A stretch of 64,000 nt of DNA from Finegoldia sp. GTDB lineage: Bacteria; Bacillota; Clostridia; Tissierellales; Peptoniphilaceae. The stretch is from NCBI GenBank assembly GCA_034180305.1, contig JAXFOR010000005.1, forward strand, positions 139,758-203,757, read 5' to 3'. Both the position numbers and the translations under genes were made by a program. Under the pieces are notes generated by a model that saw only the letters and a program-made list of their open reading frames with translations, made no database searches and had not been told where the DNA came from. Within the stretch, counting starts at the first letter, position 1. Each line of letters opens with the position of its first letter. Of the stretch, positions 49,192-58,364 are shown piece after piece.

Positions 49192-49636
49192 CTTTATCAC
49201 CCTTAATTAAAATAATAGCTAATCCTATACAAGATATTACCACACAAATATCAGCTAAATTAAATATCGGAAACTGATATCCATTAGGAAAAGTAACTGA
49301 TATATAATCAACTACATAGCCGTTTAAAAATCTATCAATAAAATTACCTAAGGCTCCACCTATTAAAAGGCCAAAAAAAATGCGACCTAAAGTACTTATC
49401 TCTTTATAGTTCTTAAATAAGAAAATTGATATAACTCCTATCACAAGGATTGTAAAAATTATAAGAATAATCCTTTTTTCCTGTAAAATTCCAAAAGCCG
49501 CCCCCCTATTTTCAAGGTAGGTAAACTTTAAAAAATTATCTATTATTACAATTTCATTGTTTTTTAGAGAAATAGCCATATTTTTAGTTAACTGATCTAA
49601 TAATATTACTAAAATACTTGTTACAACACTTAGCAT
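49181..49636 (-). CDS. lspA: Lipoprotein signal peptidase II
   Basis: NRGAAFG, GALGNFIDR, FNLAD. Confidence 0.97.
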   Translation of the reverse strand: MLSVVTSILVILLDQLTKNMAISLKNNEIVIIDNFLKFTYLENRGAAFGILQEKRIILIIFTILVIGVISIFLFKNYKEISTLGRIFFGLLIGGALGNFIDRFLNGYVVDYISVTFPNGYQFPIFNLADICVVISCIGLAIILIKGDKVDS

Positions 49637-49645
49637 AAACTCTCC

Positions 49646-50419
49646 TTAAAGATATTTTTTATATTCAATCCTAAGCTTATCCTTTTTTGTCATCCCTAAG
49701 CCCTTAGAATATATAAATCTTCCATAACCTCTTATAGAAACAAGGCTAGATTCTTTAACTTTAGTAGAAGCATCATCAGCCAACTCATAATTTATCTTGA
49801 CTTTACCTGAATTTATGAGTTTCTTTGCATCACTTCTTGATATAGAAGCCATGGCTGATACAAGTAAATCCAGTCTATTTGACTGGATTACATCGATTAT
49901 AGATTCAAATTCCTGGTCATCCTTTTTTACATTTTCATCTACTATTTTAGTAGATACCTTGTCTTTTTTTATTTTTTCGAGGTTTAAATTTAAAAACTTT
50001 GCCAAAGATGGACTGGCTGTCAGATAAAGGATACCTTTAGAATAAAAAATATCTCCTATTTTATCTCTACTTATACCTAGATTAAGAGCAGCTCCTAAAA
50101 CATCCCTGTGAGATAAATTCGAATTTGTGTCTATCTTTAAAAGCTTAAGGTAGTCAAACTGGTCTATATAAGCCTTATCATAAATATTATTGTCCCATAA
50201 AATTATTATTGATTTTTCACATCCACGTGGGACATTACTTATAATATAATCTATCTGTCCTTCTTTATCCAGAATTTTTCGAGCATATTCTATTTCTTTT
50301 GGATTTAAAAAATTTGTGCTATTAACTTGCTTATTTTTCTTGGCAATTTCTAAAATATCACAAAATCTTCTGATATTATTTTTTATTTCCTCATCTCTTA
50401 TATAAGAAAGATCATTCAT
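49646..50419 (-). CDS. ylmH: YlmH S4-domain RNA-binding protein
   Basis: HRDVLGA..LGISRDKIGD, SNRLD, SIRGYGR. Confidence 0.92.
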   Translation of the reverse strand: MNDLSYIRDEEIKNNIRRFCDILEIAKKNKQVNSTNFLNPKEIEYARKILDKEGQIDYIISNVPRGCEKSIIILWDNNIYDKAYIDQFDYLKLLKIDTNSNLSHRDVLGAALNLGISRDKIGDIFYSKGILYLTASPSLAKFLNLNLEKIKKDKVSTKIVDENVKKDDQEFESIIDVIQSNRLDLLVSAMASISRSDAKKLINSGKVKINYELADDASTKVKESSLVSIRGYGRFIYSKGLGMTKKDKLRIEYKKYL

Positions 50420-50688
50420 TAAAATATCCTAACTACTATATTTGAAATTAAACCTAAAAATAAAAGAGTTACAAGAGGTGACCAGTCTAACATCCCCCTA
50501 TTCAAGCCTAACTTATAAAGTAATATCTTAGCAGGTCTCATCAAGGTATCTGCTACAGTAAAGATGGTATCGACTATTACATTATCTCTACTTGTTACTA
50601 TATAGGACAAAAGCACCCTTATAATTATAGTCCATTCCAATATATCAACTATAGCAAGTAAAAATCTTAAAAATGAAAAACTACCCAT
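50419..50688 (-). CDS. ylmG: YggT/YlmG membrane protein
   Basis: RVLLSY, LDWSP; position after sepF. Confidence 0.88.
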   Translation of the reverse strand: MGSFSFLRFLLAIVDILEWTIIIRVLLSYIVTSRDNVIVDTIFTVADTLMRPAKILLYKLGLNRGMLDWSPLVTLLFLGLISNIVVRIF

Positions 50689-51161
50689 TAAAGTTGATAA
50701 TACTCTTTCTGATTAATTTGATCTTTTATCTTTCCATCTATTTCTACATCTTCAGGAACAAGGACAAATATATCCTTCGCAACCTTTTGCATCTTACCCT
50801 TTAAAGCATAGATTCCTCCACTAATGAAGTTAAAGACAACTTTCTTTGTATCTATTTCAAGCATTTCAAGATTAACAACGACAACTTCACCCTTTAGTAT
50901 TAAATCTATAATTCCCGGAGCATCCTCATATTTTATAGGCTCTTGAACATTAATCTTAACCTTGCCTAAATCATCCCTATAATCTTTACTTTCGTAATTT
51001 GATTTCATATTAACTACCTTAGATCCATAATTGTTGTCAACCCTCATATCATCTACATCATCTACTACAAAATCATCATCGTAGTATTGATCATCATAAT
51101 ACTCATCCTCATAGTCGTCCTGAACTCCTATAAATTTTTTAAATGAGTCAAATCCTGACAT
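50688..51161 (-). CDS. sepF: Cell division protein SepF
   Basis: VVVNLE, FISGGIYALKG, IFVLVP. Confidence 0.92.
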   Translation of the reverse strand: MSGFDSFKKFIGVQDDYEDEYYDDQYYDDDFVVDDVDDMRVDNNYGSKVVNMKSNYESKDYRDDLGKVKINVQEPIKYEDAPGIIDLILKGEVVVVNLEMLEIDTKKVVFNFISGGIYALKGKMQKVAKDIFVLVPEDVEIDGKIKDQINQKEYYQL

Positions 51162-51170
51162 AATATCCTC

Positions 51171-51851
51171 CTAGTTATAATTTCTCTTTCCAAAAATTTT
51201 GCTTCCTACCCTTATCATGTTTGAACCTTCTTCCAAAGCTATCTTGTAATCATGACTCATACCCATTGATAGGAATTTCATTTCTATATTATTGTAATTT
51301 TCTTTAGCTAACTTGTCGAAAATTTCCCTCATCTTCTTAAATTCAGGTCTTACCTTTTCGGGATCATCGTAGTTTGTAGCTATATTCATAAGACCCTTTA
51401 CCTTTACAAACTTACACTTTTCAACCTCTTGAATAAAAGAGTCCAAATCTTCTAAGTAAAGGCCTGATTTTTGTTCTTCTTTTGCTATATTAATCTGAAT
51501 TAGGCAATCCATCACCGTATTTTCTTTTTCAGCTCTTTTTTCTATTTCTTCAAGAAGGTTAATCCTATCTAAAGAATGAATAAGAGTGGTCTTTCCAATA
51601 AGGTCTTTTACCTTATTAGTTTGAAGGTGACCTATCATATGATAGTTTATATCCGGACCTAACTCTTCATATTTTCTTTTTAATTCTTGAGGTTTATTTT
51701 CACCGATATTTTTTATACCGAAATCCAAAGCTTCCCTTATCCTATCTGTATCAACAGTTTTTGTTACAGCTATAAGAATAGGATTTTCATCCTTGTTTGC
51801 ATACTTTTCCATATCAAGTAATACTTCTTCAAGGTTATCTTTAATACTCAT
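51171..51851 (-). CDS. yggS: PLP homeostasis protein YggS/YlmE
   Basis: LIAVTK, IGHLQTNKVK, LSMGMS..RVGSKIFG. Confidence 0.95.
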   Translation of the reverse strand: MSIKDNLEEVLLDMEKYANKDENPILIAVTKTVDTDRIREALDFGIKNIGENKPQELKRKYEELGPDINYHMIGHLQTNKVKDLIGKTTLIHSLDRINLLEEIEKRAEKENTVMDCLIQINIAKEEQKSGLYLEDLDSFIQEVEKCKFVKVKGLMNIATNYDDPEKVRPEFKKMREIFDKLAKENYNNIEMKFLSMGMSHDYKIALEEGSNMIRVGSKIFGKRNYN

Positions 51852-51855
51852 GACT

Positions 51856-53013
51856 TTAATTCACTAACTCTCCTTCTTCTATTAATTTAGGATGAACAAA
51901 AATTTCATCATTTAATTCAACAGTTTCCATTTCCTTATTATTGATTTTTATTTTACCACTAATACCACTATTTATATAAGCATAAGAACCTTCATACCTT
52001 ATTATTTCCACAGGGTAAAATTTTGAAACTCCTACAGGATTTTTAACAAAAACTCCATCTTGACCTGATCTCTTAATTATTGATTTTTTTGGTATTTTAA
52101 AGCTATTGTAATTACTGTCGAGTAATTCTAAGTCAAAATATCTTCCCTGTAGAAAATCATTTATTCCCTCTTCTAATCTTACAAGAAGACTTAAAGTTTT
52201 ATCATCATTGTAATTTAAAGAATTTATATAGGCTGTATAGGTCTTATTTTTATACTTAAACTTAATAACCTGATTATTCTGTAAATTTTTATTTAGGCTG
52301 TCAGCTTTTATAGTAAAAGTAAAAAAGCAGTCCATACTATTTACTATATTAAGACCTGGATATTCTTTTATATCCTGACTATCTCTTAAAAAGAAGTCAT
52401 CTTTTAAGAGATGCTTGCTGTTGTAACTAATTAGGCCATTTAAATTATCAAGCTTAGATACAAAAACTCCACTGTTTTTAGAGTAGATTTCTCCATTGTT
52501 TTCTTTAACATACAAGCTTATGTTTAATTTGTCTCTTATGTAAAAAGTCTCTTCTTCACTTAAATTTACAAAATTATAGTAATTAGTAATTAAATCACTA
52601 CTATAATCTTTTTTATTTATATTGTCTATTAAATCATCAACTTGCCCGTCTTCTATTTTATCTTCATTTTTTAATGGCTTTTCTCTTAGAGTCTCTATCT
52701 CTAAGAGCCTAGCTTTAATATAGTCTTTACTCATTAAGTTATCATTATAATTTTTTATATCCGAGCTTATAAAAGATCCTATAGGCTGTCTAACGTTAGA
52801 AAATTCATTTATCTTATAATTAGTAAGATAACCGTATTCATCTCTTACTACCATAGCTTTTGTTGGATAAGACGTTGTTATAGAAGTTTTCTCACTCAGA
52901 TTATAGGACCTGTATTTTATAAAATTAATGTATAGATTGTGAACTACAAAAAAAGCTATAATTAAAAATATGAACAGAATAAGTGTATCCGAGATCTTCA
53001 TTTTCTTTCTCAT
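51856..53013 (-). CDS. HlyD-like membrane-anchored protein upstream of yggS
   Basis: N-terminal TM, VVRDE, SGVF, IPKKSI; typical clostridial position. Confidence 0.6.
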   Translation of the reverse strand: MRKKMKISDTLILFIFLIIAFFVVHNLYINFIKYRSYNLSEKTSITTSYPTKAMVVRDEYGYLTNYKINEFSNVRQPIGSFISSDIKNYNDNLMSKDYIKARLLEIETLREKPLKNEDKIEDGQVDDLIDNINKKDYSSDLITNYYNFVNLSEEETFYIRDKLNISLYVKENNGEIYSKNSGVFVSKLDNLNGLISYNSKHLLKDDFFLRDSQDIKEYPGLNIVNSMDCFFTFTIKADSLNKNLQNNQVIKFKYKNKTYTAYINSLNYNDDKTLSLLVRLEEGINDFLQGRYFDLELLDSNYNSFKIPKKSIIKRSGQDGVFVKNPVGVSKFYPVEIIRYEGSYAYINSGISGKIKINNKEMETVELNDEIFVHPKLIEEGELVN

Positions 53014-53019
53014 ATTTTA

Positions 53020-53048
53020 ATTATAGCATTATATTTTTTTATTTACAA
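53020..53048 (-). promoter_or_regulatory. Promoter of HlyD-like/yggS/sepF operon
   Basis: Minus strand TTGTAA-17bp-TATAAT with extended TG. Confidence 0.6.
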
Positions 53049-53050
53049 AG

Positions 53051-54274
53051 CTAGTCTTTTGCCTTTCTCAACATATAATTTTCTTCAATGTCAGCATCTA
53101 AATTCATATATATAATTTGCTGAGCCTTATTCGCTACTTCTATTTCCTCCATGTCTTCATCATATAGCTTTTCTACTTTAAATTCTATAAATTCCTTATC
53201 GGGTCCAAAAATTTCCAGCTTGTCGCCTACAAATATTCTATTTCTTTGCTCAATCTTTGCTAATTTCTTTTCCTTATCATAGTCTAAGACAAGACCTACA
53301 AAATCATATTCTCTTATATAGGATGAAGATTCATAGAGCTGAGACTTTTCGTCCGGCTTACTTAAGAAGAAACCGGTAGTAAAGTCTCTGTAAGAAACTT
53401 TCTTTATCTCATTTAAAAGATAAGAGGCAAGTTCCTCATTAAATTTTCCTTCATAGTAGCTATCTATTGCTATCCTATATGATCTTACTATTGTTGCGAC
53501 ATAGTATTGACTCTTTACTCTGCCCTCTATTTTAAGACTGTCTATACCTGCTTCTATGAGCTTATCTACGTGCTCTATCATACAAAGATCTTTTGAATTG
53601 AAAATAAAGGTTCCCTTATCATTTTCTTCTATCGGAAAATACTCTCCCGGTCTTTTTTCCTCAACCAAGTTGTACTTCCACCTGCATGCCTGAGCACAAT
53701 CTCCCCTATTAGCATCCCTTCCTGTCATGTAGTTACTAAGTAAACACCTTCCTGAATAAGAAATGCACATAGCACCATGTACAAAAGTCTCCAGACTACA
53801 TTGAGGAACCCTTTCCTTTATCTTTCTGATTTCATCAAGAGACAGTTCCCTGGCGAGGACAACTCTCTTTATTCCTTGCTTGTACCAGTAATCTACAGTC
53901 CTATAATTAGTTGCACTGGCTTGAGTTGAAAGGTGACACTCAATATCTCGGTCGATACTCCTTACTATAGAATAAATACCGGGATCAGATATTATCAGAG
54001 CATCCACCTTCATATCTACAAGATCTTTTATATAATCATCAATCCCATCAAGGTCATCGTTGTGAGGAACTATGTTCATGGTTACATATATTTTTTTTCC
54101 TCGTGCATGTGCATAAGCCAGACCTTCTTTGAGTTCATCTCTTGAGAAATTTTTAGAGGCAGTCCTAAGCCCATAATCATCTCCTGCCAGATACACAGCA
54201 TCTGCTCCGTAATTTATCGCAGTCTTTAGCTTTACCAGATCTCCTGCAGGAGCCAGTAACTCAACTTTTCCCAT
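53051..54274 (-). CDS. Peptidase U32 family tRNA hydroxylase (TrhP-like)
   Basis: ELLAPAG, HGAMCISYSGRC, CAQACR, SLKIEGR; adjacent to trmR. Confidence 0.92.
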   Translation of the reverse strand: MGKVELLAPAGDLVKLKTAINYGADAVYLAGDDYGLRTASKNFSRDELKEGLAYAHARGKKIYVTMNIVPHNDDLDGIDDYIKDLVDMKVDALIISDPGIYSIVRSIDRDIECHLSTQASATNYRTVDYWYKQGIKRVVLARELSLDEIRKIKERVPQCSLETFVHGAMCISYSGRCLLSNYMTGRDANRGDCAQACRWKYNLVEEKRPGEYFPIEENDKGTFIFNSKDLCMIEHVDKLIEAGIDSLKIEGRVKSQYYVATIVRSYRIAIDSYYEGKFNEELASYLLNEIKKVSYRDFTTGFFLSKPDEKSQLYESSSYIREYDFVGLVLDYDKEKKLAKIEQRNRIFVGDKLEIFGPDKEFIEFKVEKLYDEDMEEIEVANKAQQIIYMNLDADIEENYMLRKAKD

Positions 54275-54296
54275 ATATCTCCTTATTTTTTATCTT

Positions 54297-54947
54297 TTAA
54301 TTTTTAATTCTTGTTATCGACATTCCATCATCTATTGGAATTATACTGGTTTCATATTTACTTGAATCGGATATTTCTTCAAGAAATTCTCTAAGTCTTT
54401 TTACAATAGTTACCTTCCTATGCCTCTTTTCAGCAAGCTCCTTATGAGCCACCATCCCCCTGAAAAGGACATTGTCGCAGACAATAAGACCACCCTTGTT
54501 AAGTAATTTCTTGGACAAGTCAAAGTAGTTCATGTACTGACCCTTTGCAGCATCAATGAAAATAAGATCAAACTTTTCTTCCAACTTTTCAAGAGCTAGA
54601 GACGCATCTTCATTGATAACTTTTATGTCCTCATAACCGTATTTGAGAAAATTTTCCTTGGCTATTTGTGCAGAGTCATAATCGATTTCTATAGTAGTAA
54701 TAGACGAATCTCTATAGGCTTTTTTCATCACTATGGAACTGTATCCTATAGCAGTTCCTATTTCAAGTATTTTACTAGGTTTTTTTAAGGACACGATTAT
54801 AGAAAGGAAATTTCTAACTTCAGCCTCTATAATAGGTACCTTGTTTTTTTCAGCATAAGCTTCCATTTCAATAAGAGACTTATCACTTGTTTGTGATAAA
54901 TCTCTTATATAGTTTTGAACATCGTCATATACAATTTTATTTTCCAT
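54297..54947 (-). CDS. trmR: O-methyltransferase (TrmR/YrrM-like)
   Basis: LEIGTAIGYS, FIDAAKGQY, DNVLFRG. Confidence 0.85.
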   Translation of the reverse strand: MENKIVYDDVQNYIRDLSQTSDKSLIEMEAYAEKNKVPIIEAEVRNFLSIIVSLKKPSKILEIGTAIGYSSIVMKKAYRDSSITTIEIDYDSAQIAKENFLKYGYEDIKVINEDASLALEKLEEKFDLIFIDAAKGQYMNYFDLSKKLLNKGGLIVCDNVLFRGMVAHKELAEKRHRKVTIVKRLREFLEEISDSSKYETSIIPIDDGMSITRIKN

Positions 54948-55278
54948 CGTCTAATCTAAGATTTTCATCTAAAGTCTCGTATACATCTTTTAAAATAAGA
55001 GAAAATTCTACCTCAGCTTGAAGATAATCACTTACATCCTTGTTGGATAAAAGAATTGCTTGGAGTGAATTGATTCTATTTATATCATCTTGGCTAACAT
55101 TTTCTCCTGTTTGAACCTTTAACTGATAATCAAGCATCTGCTTTCTAAAGTCATCTATCATTTGTCTTTGACTTTCAGATCTAAGATAAACCTTATCATT
55201 TAGCTCTTTATACTTCCTATATTCAGATGATGATTTTATTAAATCTGCTAATTCCTTAGCTTTAGCTTTATAATCCAC
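54937..55278 (-). CDS. YlbF/YmcA family protein
   Basis: KAKELADLIKSSSEY, YLQAE helical pattern. Confidence 0.8.
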   Translation of the reverse strand: MDYKAKAKELADLIKSSSEYRKYKELNDKVYLRSESQRQMIDDFRKQMLDYQLKVQTGENVSQDDINRINSLQAILLSNKDVSDYLQAEVEFSLILKDVYETLDENLRLDDGK

Positions 55279-56946
55279 TTATACCTCCATTATTATAGGC
55301 AAGATCATAGGATTTCTGTGTATTTCCTGATATACATATTTTTTCAAGGCATCTCTTATATTATTCTTTAATACAGACCAATCTATTATATTTTTTTGGA
55401 TACAATCTTCAAGAACATCCCCAACTATTTTTTTCGCTTCTTCCATAAGATCTGTATTTTCCTTTACATATACAAATCCTCTAGAAATAATGTCAGGTCC
55501 CGCAATTACTTCCTTATTTGATGAATCCAGGGTAATAACAACAGCTATTAATCCATCTTCCGATAAGTGTCTTCTATCCCTTAAAACTATATTTCCGACA
55601 TCTCCTATACCAAGACCATCTACTAAGATATCACTGGCAAACTTTGTATCTACAAGTTTTGCACTTCTCTTTGTAAATTCTATAGTATTTCCATTATAGG
55701 CTATTATTATATTTTTCCTAGGCATCCCTAAACTTTCAGCAAGCTTTGCGTGAATTTTAAGGTGTCTCATTTCACCATGGATAGGAACAAAAAATTTAGG
55801 TCTAACTAAATTATGCATAAGTTTTAATTCTTCCTGGCAGGCGTGACCACTTACATGTACATCTGCAAGAGAAGAATAGATAACCTTAACTCCTTGTTCC
55901 ATCAGCTTATTAATTACAGAACTTACGTGATTATCATTTCCAGGTATTGGGGTTGCAGAAAGAACTACAGTATCGGTAGGGTTTACCTTAACTTTTCTAT
56001 GAGTTCCGTTTGCTATACGAGTCATTGCGCTCATAGGCTCTCCTTGAGATCCCGTTGTCAATAACACTACCTGGCTAGGCTTGTAATTATTTATGTCGTT
56101 TATATCTATTAAAGTATCTTCTTTTACATTTAGGTATCCCAATTCCTTTGAGACTCTTACAGTATTTAGCATAGATCTTCCGGACAGGGCAACTTTCCTC
56201 TTATAGGCTTCAGCTGCATATATTACCTGTTGGATCCTGTGAACATTTGATGCAAAGGTAGCCACTATTATTCTTGCAGGAGCCTCACCAAATATCCTCT
56301 TAAAAGTTTCTCCAACTGTACTTTCGCTAAGGGTATAGCCTTGTCTTTCAACATTTGTACTGTCACAAAATAGAGCTAGTACTCCTTTATTTCCTATTGC
56401 AGCGATTCTACCTAAATCAATTCTGTCTTTGTCTATAGGAGTGTGGTCTATCTTGAAATCTCCTGTGAAAAACAAGACTCCGACAGGAGTTGTAATAGCT
56501 ATTGAAGCAGCATCGGGAATAGAGTGAGTAACCTTTACAAATTCAACTTTAAAACATCCTAAAGTAAGTTTTTTACCATATTCTATCGGATTTAAAAGAC
56601 TTGAATCCAAGTGATGCTCTGCCATCTTATTTTGTAAGAGACCCATAGTCAGCTTAGTTCCATAAATCGGTACATCCATCTTTTTTAATAGATAGGGAAC
56701 TGCTCCTATATGGTCTTCGTGACCGTGGGTAATTACAATTCCTTTAACCTTATCCTTATTTTTTTCCAAATATGACATATCCGGAATTACCAGGTCTACT
56801 CCCAACATTTCCTCATCAGGGAAAGTCATACCGCAGTCGACTACAATAATATCATCTTTATATTCGACTAGAGTCATATTTTTACCTATTTCGTTAAGAC
56901 CTCCTAAAGGTATTACTTTCAACTTATCAACATTCTTTTTTGCCAT
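55279..56946 (-). CDS. rnj: Ribonuclease J
   Basis: LGGLNEIGKNM, THGHEDH, HVSGHA. Confidence 0.97.
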   Translation of the reverse strand: MAKKNVDKLKVIPLGGLNEIGKNMTLVEYKDDIIVVDCGMTFPDEEMLGVDLVIPDMSYLEKNKDKVKGIVITHGHEDHIGAVPYLLKKMDVPIYGTKLTMGLLQNKMAEHHLDSSLLNPIEYGKKLTLGCFKVEFVKVTHSIPDAASIAITTPVGVLFFTGDFKIDHTPIDKDRIDLGRIAAIGNKGVLALFCDSTNVERQGYTLSESTVGETFKRIFGEAPARIIVATFASNVHRIQQVIYAAEAYKRKVALSGRSMLNTVRVSKELGYLNVKEDTLIDINDINNYKPSQVVLLTTGSQGEPMSAMTRIANGTHRKVKVNPTDTVVLSATPIPGNDNHVSSVINKLMEQGVKVIYSSLADVHVSGHACQEELKLMHNLVRPKFFVPIHGEMRHLKIHAKLAESLGMPRKNIIIAYNGNTIEFTKRSAKLVDTKFASDILVDGLGIGDVGNIVLRDRRHLSEDGLIAVVITLDSSNKEVIAGPDIISRGFVYVKENTDLMEEAKKIVGDVLEDCIQKNIIDWSVLKNNIRDALKKYVYQEIHRNPMILPIIMEV

Positions 56947-57393
56947 TTAATTCTCCTTGTCTTTACCTTGGCAATTAGAACATATTCCATAAAACTTTAA
57001 ATCATGATTTTTTATTTCAAAACCATAGTCATCTGTGATTTTTTTCTCCATATCATCTAAAAGATCAAACCTTACTTCGGTTACTTTTCCACATTTGACA
57101 CAGAGAAGATGATGGTGCTGATGAGCGTTATTCTCATCAACAAGCTCATATCTTGATCTGTTATCATCAAAATCTAATTTAAACAACAGTCCAAGTTCTT
57201 CAAATAACATCAAAGTTCGATATACTGTCGCAATCCCTATCTCAGGATCCTTCTCTGCTACCAAATCCGACAACTCTTCAGTAGAAAGATGCTTATCGTT
57301 ATTTTCTAGCAAAGTTTGGAAAATTATTTCTCTTTGCTTTGTTAACTTATATCCTCCTTCGACTAACTTTTGTTTTAATACATCTACATTCAT
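56947..57393 (-). CDS. Fur family transcriptional regulator
   Basis: TKQR, ATVYRTL, HHHLLCVKC, CSNC. Confidence 0.93.
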   Translation of the reverse strand: MNVDVLKQKLVEGGYKLTKQREIIFQTLLENNDKHLSTEELSDLVAEKDPEIGIATVYRTLMLFEELGLLFKLDFDDNRSRYELVDENNAHQHHHLLCVKCGKVTEVRFDLLDDMEKKITDDYGFEIKNHDLKFYGICSNCQGKDKEN

Positions 57394-57635
57394 AATTGCT
57401 CCTCTTGTGATGTAATAAGTTCATTATAAACTTCAATTGCATCATCAAGTTCCTGTTTACTATCTAAACTTTCAAAATTTATAACATCGTTTTGTATCTT
57501 TATTCTAAGGATTAAAGACTCTCCGCTTTCTACTTCTTCAAGCACACAATAATCCAAATTATCCATTCCAAATGTATTAACGATTTGAAAGTCTCTTTCT
57601 ATTCCATTTTCATCTTCTAATTTTATAATTTCCAT
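57390..57635 (-). CDS. DUF1292 (YrzB-like) protein
   Basis: LEDENG..F pattern, acidic, position after ruvX. Confidence 0.8.
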   Translation of the reverse strand: MEIIKLEDENGIERDFQIVNTFGMDNLDYCVLEEVESGESLILRIKIQNDVINFESLDSKQELDDAIEVYNELITSQEEQL

Positions 57636-57637
57636 AC

Positions 57638-58054
57638 CTAACACCTGTTCATATCAAGATAGGTCTGTAATATATAAGTTGCAGCTACGCTGTCTATTAC
57701 TTCCTTACGTTTTTTTCTTGATAAATTCTGTTCAATTAAAGCTCGTTCAGCACTCATAGTTGTAAGTCTTTCATCAACATATTCTATATCGATATCAACA
57801 TGCTTTTTCAATTCTTTTATAAAAGTTTTTACCTTTTTTGCCTGTGGGCCTATGGTGTTATTCATATTTTTAGGTAATCCAACTATTATCTTTGATACTT
57901 CTTTGTCTATAACAATATCTTTTATTATTTCTATATCTTCAATCTTGCTTTTTCTTTTTATAGTCATTAGAGATTGGGCAGTTATGAAGAAAGGGTCACT
58001 TACAGCTACTCCTATTGTCCTATCTCCTACATCTAAACCTAAATATCTTTCCAT
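57638..58054 (-). CDS. ruvX: YqgF/RuvX pre-16S rRNA nuclease
   Basis: GLDVGDRTIGVAVSD, DERLTT, DSVAA. Confidence 0.95.
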   Translation of the reverse strand: MERYLGLDVGDRTIGVAVSDPFFITAQSLMTIKRKSKIEDIEIIKDIVIDKEVSKIIVGLPKNMNNTIGPQAKKVKTFIKELKKHVDIDIEYVDERLTTMSAERALIEQNLSRKKRKEVIDSVAATYILQTYLDMNRC

Positions 58055-58062
58055 ATTTAAAA

Positions 58063-58094
58063 TTTAAAGAGTTGTAAAAATACAACTCTTTAAA
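58063..58094. terminator. Hairpin between reoM and ruvX
   Basis: TTTAAAGAGTTGTA-AAAA-TACAACTCTTTAAA. Confidence 0.5.
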
Positions 58095-58356
58095 TACCAA
58101 TCTCCTTCAAATATACATTTAATATTTCTTCTAACAAATTATCCCTATCAATTTGTCTAATCAAATTTCTGGCATTGTTATAGCTGGTTACATAAGTTGG
58201 ATCTCCAGAAAGTATATACCCAATTATTTGGTTTTTAGGATCATACCCCTTATAATCCAATGCTCTATATACCTCTCTTATAATTTCTTCAGTAGACTTC
58301 TTTTCAGCTTTTACAGGTTCAAATCTTACGGTATAATTTTTTTCATTATTATCCAT
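58090..58356 (-). CDS. reoM: IreB/ReoM (UPF0297) regulatory phosphoprotein
   Basis: KGYDPKNQIIGYILSGDPTYVT..AR. Confidence 0.92.
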   Translation of the reverse strand: MDNNEKNYTVRFEPVKAEKKSTEEIIREVYRALDYKGYDPKNQIIGYILSGDPTYVTSYNNARNLIRQIDRDNLLEEILNVYLKEIGI

Positions 58357-58364
58357 AATTCCTC

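Noticed and set aside
56361-56372. TGTCACAAAATA, matching one arm of the dif-like palindrome
   Set aside because: Half-site only, inside rnj coding sequence, with no partner arm.
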